A stretch of DNA of 64,000 nucleotides from the human T2T-CHM13v2.0 reference genome, Homo sapiens, in the NCBI RefSeq assembly GCF_009914755.1, contig NC_060932.1; one strand, written 5' to 3'. The position numbers were made by a program, and so were the translations under genes. Below the pieces are notes generated by a model. The model had not been told where the DNA came from. It was given only the letters and a program-made list of their open reading frames with translations, and ran no database searches. This document shows, piece after piece, positions 1 through 11,383 of this stretch (within the stretch, counting starts at the first letter, position 1; every line of letters begins with the position of its first letter).

Positions 1-155
1 AATATCTTCCCATGAATGCGAGATAGAAGTAATCTCAGAAACATGTTTATGCTGTATCTACTCAACTAACTGTGCTGAACATTTCTATTGATAGAGCAGT
101 TTTGAGACACTCTTCTTTTGGAATCTGCAAGTGGATATTAGGATAGATTTGAGGA

Positions 156-172
156 TTTCGTTGGAAACGGGA
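156..172 (+). promoter_or_regulatory. CENP-B box (representative intact copy; about 178 intact of about 199 box positions by my count)
   Basis: TTTCGTTGGAAACGGGA matches the 17-bp CENP-B box consensus YTTCGTTGGAARCGGGA. It occurs in m1, m3, m4, m8 and m10; m10 ends CGGGC, a non-core change. Confidence 0.97.
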
Positions 173-1006
173 TTATATATCAAAAGTAGACAGCAGCATT
201 CTCAGAAACTTCTTTGTGATGTTTGCATCCAGCTCTCAGAGTTGAACATTCCCTTTCATAGAGTAGGTTTGAAACCCTCTTTTTATAGTGTCTGGAAGCG
301 GGCATTTGGAGCGCTTTCAGGCCTATGCTGAAAAAGGAAATATCTACCTATAGAAACTAGACAGAAGCATTCTGAGAATCACGTTTGTGATGTGGGTACT
401 CAACTAACAGTGTTGATCCATTCTTTTGATACAGCAGTTTTGAACCACATTTTTTGTAGAATCTGCAAGTGGATATTTGGATAGCTGTGAGGATTTCGTT
501 GGAAACGGGAATGTCTTCATAGAAAATTTAGACAGAAGCATTTTCAGAACTTTGATTGTGATGTGTGTTCTCCACTAACAGAGTTGAACCTTTCTTTTGA
601 CAGAACTGTTCTGAAACATTCTTTTTATAGAATCTGGAAGTGGATATTTGGAAAGCTTTGAGGATTTCGTTGGAAACGGGAATATCTTCAAATCAAATCT
701 AGCCAGAAGCATTCTAAGAAACATCTTAGGGATGTTTACATTCAAGTCACAGAGTTGAACATTCCCTTTCACAGAGCAGGTTTGAAACAATCTTCTCGTA
801 CTATCTGGCAGTGGACATTTTGAGCTCCTTGGGGCCTATGCTGAAAAAGGAAATATCTTCCGACAAAAACTAGACAGAAGCATTCGCAGAATCACGTTTG
901 TGATGTGTGCACTCAACTGTCAGAATTGAACCTTGGTTTGGACAGAGCACTTTTGAAACACTCTTTTTGTAGAATCTGCAGGTGGATATTTGGCTAGCTT
1001 TGAGGA

Positions 1007-1023
1007 TTTCGTTGGAAACGGTA
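1007..1023 (+). promoter_or_regulatory. Degenerate CENP-B box of monomer m6 (representative; 17 of 21 m6 copies)
   Basis: TTTCGTTGGAAACGGTA has G>T at 1022, inside the core CGGG of nTTCGnnnnAnnCGGGn. Confidence 0.9.
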
Positions 1024-1193
1024 ATGTCTTCAAAGAAAATCTAGACAGAAGCATTCTCAGAAACACCTTCGTGATGTTTGCAATCAAGTCACAGAGTTGA
1101 ACCTTCCGTTTCATAGAGCAGGTTGGAAACACTCTTTTTGTAGTATCTGGAAGTGGACATTTGGAGGGCTTTGTAGCCTATGTGGAAAAAGGA

Positions 1194-2549
1194 AATATCT
1201 TCCCATGAATGCGAGATAGAAGTAATCTCAGAAACATGTTTATGCTGTATCTACTCAACTAACTGTGCTGAACATTTCTATTGATAGAGCAGTTTTGAGA
1301 CACTCTTCTTTTGGAATCTGCAAGTGGATATTTGGATAGATTTGAGGATTTCGTTGGAAACGGGATTATATATAAAAAGTAGACAGCAGCATTCTCAGAA
1401 ACTTCTTTGTGATGTTTGCATCCAGCTCTCAGAGTTGAACATTCCCTTTCATAGAGTAGGTTTGAAACCCTCTTTTTATAGTGTCTGGAAGCGGGCATTT
1501 GGAGCGCTTTCAGGCCTATGCTTAAAATAGGAAATATCTACCTACAGAAACTAGACAGAAGCATTCTGAGAATCACGTTTGTGATGTGGGTACTCAACTA
1601 ACAGTGTTGATCCATTCTTTTGATACAGCAGTTTTGAACCACACTTTTTGTAGAATCTGCAAGTGGATATTTGGATAGCTGTGAGGATTTCGTTGGAAAC
1701 GGGAATGTCTTCAAAGAAAATCTAGACAGAAGCATTCTCAGAAACACCTTCGTGATGTTTGCAATCAAGTCACAGAGTTGAACCTTCCGTTTCATAGAGC
1801 AGGTTGGAAACACTCTTATTGTAGTATCTGGAAGTGGACATTTGGAGCGCTTTCAGGCCTATGGTGAAAAAGGAAATATCTTCCCATAAAAACGACATAG
1901 AAGCTATCTCAGGAACTTGTTTATGATGCATCTAATCAACTAACAGTGTTGAACCTTTGTACTGACAGAGCAGTTTGAAACACTCTTTTTTTGGAATCTG
2001 CAAGTGGATATTTGGATCGCTTTGAGGATTTCGTTGGAAACGGGATGCAATATAAAACGTACACAGCAGCATACTCAGAAAATACTTTGCCATATTTCCA
2101 TTCAAGTCACAGAGTGGAACATTCCCATTCATAGAGCAGGTTTGAAACACTCTTTTTGGAGTATCTGGAAGTGGACATTTGGAGCGCTTTCTGAACTATG
2201 GTGAAAAAGGAAATATCTTCCAATGAAAACAAGACAGAAGCATTCTGAGAAACTTATTTGTGATGTGTGTCCTCAACAAACGGACTTGAACCTTTCGTTT
2301 CATGCAGTACTTCTGGAACACTCTTTTTGAAGATTCTGCATGCGGATATTTGGATAGCTTTGAGGATTTCGTTGGAAACGGGCTTACATGTAAAAATTAG
2401 ACAGCAGCATTCTCAGAAACTTCTTTGTGGTGTCTGCATTCAAGTCACAGAATTGAACTTCCCCTCACATAGAGCAGTTGTGCAGCACTCTATTTGTAGT
2501 ATCTCGAAGTGGACATTTGGAGGGCTTTGTAGCCTATCTGGAAAAAGGA
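1194..2549 (+). repeat. 8-mer HOR variant (1356 bp; m1, m2, m3/m6 hybrid, m7-m11); 24 copies in the window
   Basis: The anchor recurs at 1194 and 2550. Monomer lengths 167+172+171+171+166+171+167+171 sum to 1356. Units carry diagnostic TGCTTAAAA, versus TGCTGAAAA in 7- and 11-mers. Confidence 0.95.
1859..1875 (+). promoter_or_regulatory. pJalpha (A-box) motif of A-type monomers (representative)
   Basis: CTATGGTGAAAAAGGAA sits at the position occupied by the CENP-B box in B-type monomers. It is exact in m7 and m9 and variant in m2, m5 and m11. Confidence 0.85.
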
Positions 2550-4417
2550 AATATCTTCCCATGAATGCGAGATAGAAGTAATCTCAGAAACATGTTTATG
2601 CTGTATCTACTCAACTAACTGTGCTGAACATTTCTATTGATAGAGCAGTTTTGAGACACTCTTCTTTTGGAATCTGCAAGTGGATATTTGGATAGATTTG
2701 AGGATTTCGTTGGAAACGGGATTATATATAAAAAGTAGACAGCAGCATTCTCAGAAACTTCTTTGTGATGTTTGCATCCAGCTCTCAGAGTTGAACATTC
2801 CCTTTCATAGAGTAGGTTTGAAACCCTCTTTTTATAGTGTCTGGAAGCGGGCATTTGGAGCGCTTTCAGGCCTATGCTGAAAAAGGAAATATCTACCTAT
2901 AGAAACTAGACAGAAGCATTCTGAGAATCACGTTTGTGATGTGGGTACTCAACTAACAGTGTTGATCCATTCTTTTGATACAGCAGTTTTGAACCACACT
3001 TTTTGTAGAATCTGCAAGTGGATATTTGGATAGCTGTGAGGATTTCGTTGGAAACGGGAATGTCTTCATAGAAAATGTAGACAGAAGCATTCTCAGAACC
3101 TTGATTGTGATGTGTGTTCTCCACTAACAGAGTTGAACCTTTCTTTTGACAGAACTGTTCTGAAACATTCTTTTTATAGAATCTGGAAGTGGATATTTGG
3201 AAAGCTTTGAGGATTTCGTTGGAAACGGGAATATCTTCAAATAAAATCTAGCCAGAAGCATTCTAAGAAACATCTTAGGGATGTTTACATTCAAGTCACA
3301 GAGTTGAACATTCCCTTTCACAGAGCAGGTTTGAAACAATCTTCTCGTACTATCTGGCAGTGGACATTTTGAGCTCCTTGGGGCCTATGCTGAAAAAGGA
3401 AATATCTTCCGAAAAAAACTAGACAGAAGCATTCGCAGAATCACGTTTGTGATGTGTGCACTCAACTGTCAGAATTGAACCTTGGTTTGGACAGAGCACT
3501 TTTGAAACACTCTTTTTGTAGAATCTGCAGGTGGATATTTGGCTAGCTTTGAGGATTTCGTTGGAAACGGGAATGTCTTCAAAGAAAATCTAGACAGAAG
3601 CATTCTCAGAAACACCTTCGTGATGTTTGCAATCAAGTCACAGAGTTGAACCTTCCGTTTCATAGAGCAGGTTGGAAACACTCTTATTGTAGTATCTGGA
3701 AGTGGACATTTGGAGCGCTTTCAGGCCTATGGTGAAAAAGGAAATATCTTCCCATAAAAACGACATAGAAGCTATCTCAGGAACTTGTTTATGATGCATC
3801 TAATCAACTAACAGTGTTGAACCTTTGTACTGACAGAGCAGTTTGAAACACTCTTTTTTTGGAATCTGCAAGTGGATATTTGGATCGCTTTGAGGATTTC
3901 GTTGGAAACGGGATGCAATATAAAACGTACACAGCAGCATACTCAGAAAATACTTTGCCATATTTCCATTCAAGTCACAGAGTGGAACATTCCCATTCAT
4001 AGAGCAGGCTGGAAACACTCTTTTTGGAGTATCTGGAAGTGGACATTTGGAGCGCTTTCTGAACTATGGTGAAAAAGGAAATATCTTCCAATGAAAACAA
4101 GACAGAAGCATTCTGAAAAACTTATTTGTGATGTGTGTCCTCAACAAACGGACTTGAACCTTTCGTTTCATGCAGTACTTCTGGAACACTCTTTTTGAAG
4201 ATTCTGCATGCGGATATTTGGATAGCTTTGAGGATTTCGTTGGAAACGGGCTTACATGTAAAAATTAGACAGCAGCATTCTCAGAAACTTCTTTGTGGTG
4301 TCTGCATTCAAGTCACAGAATTGAACTTCCCCTCACATAGAGCAGTTGTGCAGCACTCTATTTGTAGTATCTCGAAGTGGACATTTGGAGGGCTTTGTAG
4401 CCTATCTGGAAAAAGGA
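2550..4417 (+). repeat. 11-mer full-length HOR (1868 bp). Copies start at 2550, 8323, 19520, 22744, 27323, 31902, 47872, 54838, 56706
   Basis: The anchor recurs at 2550 and 4418. The unit has eleven distinguishable monomers with box pattern B-A-B-B-A-B-A-B-A-B-A and contains all sequence found in the 7- and 8-mers. Confidence 0.95.
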
Positions 4418-7400
4418 AATATCTTCCCATGAATGCGAGATAGAAGTAATCTCAGAAACATGTTTATGCTGTATCTACTCAACTAACTGTGCTGAACATT
4501 TCTATTGATAGAGCAGTTTTGAGACACTCTTCTTTTGGAATCTGCAAGTGGATATTAGGATAGATTTGAGGATTTCGTTGGAAACGGGATTATATATAAA
4601 AAGTAGACAGCAGCATTCTCAGAAACTTCTTTGTGATGTTTGCATCCAGCTCTCAGAGTTGAACATTCCCTTTCATAGAGTAGGTTTGAAACCCTCTTTT
4701 TATAGTGTCTGGAAGCGGGCATTTGGAGCGCTTTCAGGCCTATGCTGAAAAAGGAAATATCTACCTATAGAAACTAGACAGAAGCATTCTGAGAATGACG
4801 TTTTTGATGTGGGTACTCAACTAACAGTGTTGATCCATTCTTTTGATACAGCAGTTTTGAACCACATTTTTTGTAGAATCTGCAAGTGGATATTTGGATA
4901 GCTGTGAGGATTTCGTTGGAAACGGGAATGTCTTCATAGAAAATTTAGACAGAAGCATTTTCAGAACTTTGATTGTGATGTGTGTTCTCCACTAACAGAG
5001 TTGAACCTTTCTTTTGACAGAACTGTTCTGAAACATTCTTTTTGTAGAATCTGGAAGTGGATATTTGGAAAGCTTTGAGGATTTCGTTGGAAACGGGAAT
5101 ATCTTCAAATCAAATCTAGCCAGAAGCATTCTAAGAAACATCTTAGGGATGTTTACATTCAAGTCACAGAGTTGAACATTCCCTTTCACAGAGCAGGTTT
5201 GAAACAATCTTCTCGTACTATCTGGCAGTGGACATTTTGAGCTCCTTGGGGCCTATGCTGAAAAAGGAAATATCTTCCGACAAAAACTAGACAGAAGCAT
5301 TCGCAGAATCACGTTTGTGACGTGTGCACTCAACTGTCAGAATTGAACCTTGGTTTGGACAGAGCACTTTTGAAACACTCTTTTTGTAGAATCTGCAGGT
5401 GGATATTTGGCTAGCTTTGAGGATTTCGTTGGAAACGGTAATGTCTTCAAAGAAAATCTAGACAGAAGCATTCTCAGAAACACCTTCGTGATGTTTGCAA
5501 TCAAGTCACAGAGTTGAACCTTCCGTTTCATAGAGCAGGTTGGAAACACTCTTTTTGTAGTATCTGGAAGTGGACATTTGGAGGGCTTTGTAGCCTATGT
5601 GGAAAAAGGAAATATCTTCCCATGAATGCGAGATAGAAGTAATCTCAGAAACATGTTTATGCTGTATCTACTCAACTAACTGTGCTGAACATTTCTATTG
5701 ATAGAGCAGTTTTGAGACACTCTTCTTTTGGAATCTGCAAGTGGATATTTGGATAGATTTGAGGATTTCGTTGGAAACGGGATTATATATAAAAAGTAGA
5801 CAGCAGCATTCTCAGAAACTTCTTTGTGATGTTTGCATCCAGCTCTCAGAGTTGAACATTCCCTTTCATAGAGTAGGTTTGAAACCCTCTTTTTATAGTG
5901 TCTGGAAGCGGGCATTTGGAGCGCTTTCAGGCCTATGCTTAAAATAGGAAATATCTACCTACAGAAACTAGACAGAAGCATTCTGAGAATCACGTTTGTG
6001 ATGTGGGTACTCAACTAACAGTGTTGATCCATTCTTTTGATACAGCAGTTTTGAACCACACTTTTTGTAGAATCTGCAAGTGGATATTTGGATAGCTGTG
6101 AGGATTTCGTTGGAAACGGGAATGTCTTCAAAGAAAATCTAGACAGAAGCATTCTCAGAAACACCTTCGTGATGTTTGCAATCAAGTCACAGAGTTGAAC
6201 CTTCCGTTTCATAGAGCAGGTTGGAAACACTCTTATTGTAGTATCTGGAAGTGGACATTTGGAGCGCTTTCAGGCCTATGGTGAAAAAGGAAATATCTTC
6301 CCATAAAAACGACATAGAAGCTATCTCAGGAACTTGTTTATGATGCATCTAATCAACTAACAGTGTTGAACCTTTGTACTGACAGAGCAGTTTGAAACAC
6401 TCTTTTTTTGGAATCTGCAAGTGGATATTTGGATCGCTTTGAGGATTTCGTTGGAAACGGGATGCAATATAAAACGTACACAGCAGCATACTCAGAAAAT
6501 ACTTTGCCATATTTCCATTCAAGTCACAGAGTGGAACATTCCCATTCATAGAGCAGGTTTGAAACACTCTTTTTGGAGTATCTGGAAGTGGACATTTGGA
6601 GCGCTTTCTGAACTATGGTGAAAAAGGAAATATCTTCCAATGAAAACAAGACAGAAGCATTCTGAGAAACTTATTTGTGATGTGTGTCCTCAACAAACGG
6701 ACTTGAACCTTTCGTTTCATGCAGTACTTCTGGAACACTCTTTTTGAAGATTCTGCATGCGGATATTTGGATAGCTTTGAGGATTTCGTTGGAAACGGGC
6801 TTACATGTAAAAATTAGACAGCAGCATTCTCAGAAACTTCTTTGTGGTGTCTGCATTCAAGTCACAGAATTGAACTTCCCCTCACATAGAGCAGTTGTGC
6901 AGCACTCTATTTGTAGTATCTCGAAGTGGACATTTGGAGGGCTTTGTAGCCTATCTGGAAAAAGGAAATATCTTCCCATGAATGCGAGATAGAAGTAATC
7001 TCAGAAACATGTTTATGCTGTATCTACTCAACTAACTGTGCTGAACATTTCTATTGATAGAGCAGTTTTGAGACACTCTTCTTTTGGAATCTGCAAGTGG
7101 ATATTTGGATAGATTTGAGGATTTCGTTGGAAACGGGATTATATATAAAAAGTAGACAGCAGCATTCTCAGAAACTTCTTTGTGATGTTTGCATCCAGCT
7201 CTCAGAGTTGAACATTCCCTTTCATAGAGTAGGTTTGAAACCCTCTTTTTATAGTGTCTGGAAGCGGGCATTTGGAGTGCTTTCAGGCCTATGCTTAAAA
7301 TAGGAAATATCTACTTACAGAAACTAGACAGAAGCATTCTGAGAATCACGTTTGTGATGTGGGTACTCAACTAACAGTGTTGATCCATTCTTTTGATACA

Positions 7401-10400
7401 GCAGTTTTGAACCACACTTTTTGTAGAATCTGCAAGAGGATATTTGGATAGCTGTGAGGATTTCGTTGGAAACGGGAATGTCTTCAAAGAAAATCTAGAC
7501 AGAAGCATTCTCAGAAACACCTTCGTGATGTTTGCAATCAAGTCACAGAGTTGAACCTTCCGTTTCATAGAGCAGGTTGGAAACACTCTTATTGTAGTAT
7601 CTGGAAGTGGACATTTGGAGCGCTTTCAGGCCTATGGTGAAAAAGGAAATATCTTCCCATAAAAACGACATAGAAGCTATCTCAGGAACTTGTTTATGAT
7701 GCATCTAATCAACTAACAGTGTTGAACCTTTGTACTGACAGAGCAGTTTGAAACACTCTTTTTTTGGAATCTGCAAGTGGATATTTGGATCGCTTTGAGG
7801 ATTTCGTTGGAAACGGGATGCAATATAAAACGTACACAGCAGCATACTCAGAAAATACTTTGCCATATTTCCATTCAAGTCACAGAGTGGAACATTCCCA
7901 TTCATAGAGCAGGTTTGAAACACTCTTTTTGGAGTATCTGGAAGTGGACATTTGGAGCGCTTTCTGAACTATGGTGAAAAAGGAAATATCTTCCAATGAA
8001 AACAACACAGAAGCATTCTGAGAAACTTATTTGTGATGTGTGTCCTCAACAAACGGACTTGAACCTTTCGTTTCATGCAGTACTTCTGGAACACTCTTTT
8101 TGAAGATTCTGCATGCGGATATTTGGATAGCTTTGAGGATTTCGTTGGAAACGGGCTTACATGTAAAAATTAGACAGCAGCATTCTCAGAAACTTCTTTG
8201 TGGTGTCTGCATTCAAGTCACAGAATTGAACTTCCCCTCACATAGAGCAGTTGTGCAGCACTCTATTTGTAGTATCTGGAAGTGGACATTTGGAGGGCTT
8301 TGTAGCCTATCTGGAAAAAGGAAATATCTTCCCATGAATGCGAGATAGTAGTAATCTCAGAAACATGTTTATGCTGTATCTACTCAACTAACTGTGCTGA
8401 ACATTTCTATTGATAGAGCAGTTTTGAGACACTCTTCTTTTGGAATCTGCAAGTGGATATTTGGATAGATTTGAGGATTTCGTTGGAAACGGGATTATAT
8501 ATAAAAAGTAGACAGCAGCATTCTCAGAAACTTCTTTGTGATGTTTGCATCCAGCTCTCAGAGTTGAACATTCCCTTTCATAGAGTAGGTTTGAAACCCT
8601 CTTTTTATAGTGTCTGGAAGCGGGCATTTGGAGCGCTTTCAGGCCTATGCTGAAAAAGGAAATATCTACCTATAGAAACTAGACAGAAGCATTCTGAGAA
8701 TCACGTTTGTGATGTGGGTACTCAACTAACAGTGTTGATCCATTCTTTTGATACAGCAGTTTTGAACCACACTTTTTGTAGAATCTGCAAGTGGATATTT
8801 GGATAGCTGTGAGGATTTCGTTGGAAACGGGAATGTCTTCATAGAAAATTTAGACAGAAGCATTCTTAGAACCTTGATTGTGATGTGTGTTCTCCACTAA
8901 CAGAGTTGAACCTTTCTTTTGACAGAACTGTTCTGAAACATTCTTTTTATAGAATCTGGAAGTGGATATTTGGAAAGCTTTGAGGATTTCGTTGGAAACG
9001 GGAATATCTTCAAATAAAATCTAGCCAGAAGCATTCTAAGAAACATCTTAGGGATGTTTACATTCAAGTCACAGAGTTGAACATTCCCTTTCACAGAGCA
9101 GGTTTGAAACAATCTTCTCGTACTATCTGGCAGTGGACATTTTGAGCTCCTTGGGGCCTATGCTGAAAAAGGAAATATCTTCCGACAAAAACTAGACAGA
9201 AGCATTCGCAGAATCACGTTTGTGATGTGTGCACTCAACTGTCAGAATTGAACCTTGGTTTGGACAGAGCACTTTTGAAACACTCTTTTTGTAGAATCTG
9301 CAGGTGGATATTTGGCTAGCTTTGAGGATTTCGTTGGAAACGGTAATGTCTTCAAAGAAAATCTAGACAGAAGCATTCTCAGAAACACCTTCGTGATGTT
9401 TGCAATCAAGTCACAGAGTTGAACCTTCCGTTTCATAGAGCAGGTTGGAAACACTCTTTTTGTAGTATCTGGAAGTGGACATTTGGAGCGCTTTCAGGCC
9501 TATGGTGAAAAAGGAAATATCTTCCCATAAAAACGACATAGAAGCTATCTCAGGAACTTGTTTATGATGCATCTAATCAACTAACAGTGTTGAACCTTTG
9601 TACTGACAGAGCAGTTTGAAACACTCTTTTTTTGGAATCTGCAAGTGGATATTTGGATCGCTTTGAGGATTTCGTTGGAAACGGGATGCAATATAAAACG
9701 TACACAGCAGCATACTCAGAAAATACTTTGCCATATTTCCATTCAAGTCACAGAGTGGAACATTCCCATTCATAGAGCAGGTTTGAAACACTCTTTTTGG
9801 AGTATCTGGAAGTGGACATTTGGAGCGCTTTCTGAACTATGGTGAAAAAGGAAATATCTTCCAATGAAAACAAGACAGAAGCATTCTGAGAAACTTATTT
9901 GTGATGTGTGTCCTCAACAAACGGACTTGAACCTTTCGTTTCATGCAGTACTTCTGGAACACTCTTTTTGAAGATTCTGCATGCGGATATTTGGATAGCT
10001 TTGAGGATTTCGTTGGAAACGGGCTTACATGTAAAAATTAGACAGCAGCATTCTCAGAAACTTCTTTGTGGTGTCTGCATTCAAGTCACAGAATTGAACT
10101 TCCCCTCACATAGAGCAGTTGTGCAGCACTCTATTTGTAGTATCTGGAAGTGGACATTTGGAGGGCTTTGTAGCCTATCTGGAAAAAGGAAATATCTTCC
10201 CATGAATGCGAGATAGAAGTAATCTCAGAAACATGTTTATGCTGTATCTACTCAACTAACTGTGCTGAACATTTCTATTGATAGAGCAGTTTTGAGACAC
10301 TCTTCTTTTGGAATCTGCAAGTGGATATTTGGATAGATTTGAGGATTTCGTTGGAAACGGGATTATATATCAAAAGTAGACAGCAGCATTCTCAGAAACT

Positions 10401-11383
10401 TCTTTGTGATGTTTGCATCCAGCTCTCAGAGTTGAACATTCCCTTTCATAGAGTAGGTTTGAAACCCTCTTTTTATAGTGTCTGGAAGCGGGCATTTGGA
10501 GCGCTTTCAGGCCTATGCTGAAAAAGGAAATATCTACCTATAGAAACTAGACAGAAGCATTCTGAGAATCACGTTTGTGATGTGGGTACTCAACTAACAG
10601 TGTTGATCCATTCTTTTGATACAGCAGTTTTGAACCACACTTTTTGTAGAATCTGCAAGTGGATATTTGGATAGCTGTGAGGATTTCGTTGGAAACGGGA
10701 ATGTCTTCATAGAAAATTTAGACAGAAGCATTCTCAGAACCTTGATTGTGATGTGTGTTCTCCACTAACAGAGTTGAACCTTTCTTTTGACAGAACTGTT
10801 CTGAAACATTCTTTTTATAGAATCTGGAAGTGGATATTTGGAAAGCTTTGAGGATTTCGTTGGAAACGGGAATATCTTCAAATAAAATCTAGCCAGAAGC
10901 ATTCTAAGAAACATCTTAGGGATGTTTACATTCAAGTCACAGAGTTGAACATTCCCTTTCACAGAGCAGGTTTGAAACAATCTTCTCGTACTATCTGGCA
11001 GTGGACATTTTGAGCTCCTTGGGGCCTATGCTGAAAAAGGAAATATCTTCCGACAAAAACTAGACAGAAGCATTCGCAGAATCACGTTTGTGATGTGTGC
11101 ACTCAACTGTCAGAATTGAACCTTGGTTTGGACAGAGCACTTTTGAAACACTCTTTTTGTAGAATCTGCAGGTGGATATTTGGCTAGCTTTGAGGATTTC
11201 GTTGGAAACGGTAATGTCTTCAAAGAAAATCTAGACAGAAGCATTCTCAGAAACACCTTCGTGATGTTTGCAATCAAGTCACAGAGTTGAACCTTCCGTT
11301 TCATAGAGCAGGTTGGAAACACTCTTTTTGTAGTATCTGGAAGTGGACATTTGGAGGGCTTTGTAGCCTATCTGGAAAAAGGA

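Larger units (their letters stand above)
1..1193 (+). repeat. 7-mer HOR variant (1193 bp; m1-m6 plus m7/m11 hybrid). Copies start at 1, 4418, 10191, 33770, 36319, 40224, 42773, 45323, 49740, 52289, 58574, 61123
   Basis: The anchor AATATCTTCCCATGAATGCGAG recurs at 1 and 1194. Monomer lengths 167+6x171 sum to 1193. The same spacing appears in the ORF-track marker MDIWIDLR (131 to 1324, etc.). Confidence 0.95.

Noticed and set aside
39-48. Palindrome AAACATGTTT and other short dyads (AGCGCT, TTCTCAGAA), possible cruciform or STAT-like sites
   Set aside because: They are short, intrinsic to the monomers and expected by chance in AT-rich DNA; the sequence gives no evidence of function.
170-190. 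TATA-like TATATATAAAAAG after the m1 box as a promoter
   Set aside because: It is a fixed feature of the shortened 167 bp monomer and is polymorphic (TATATCAAAA). Alphoid transcription cannot be inferred from sequence alone.
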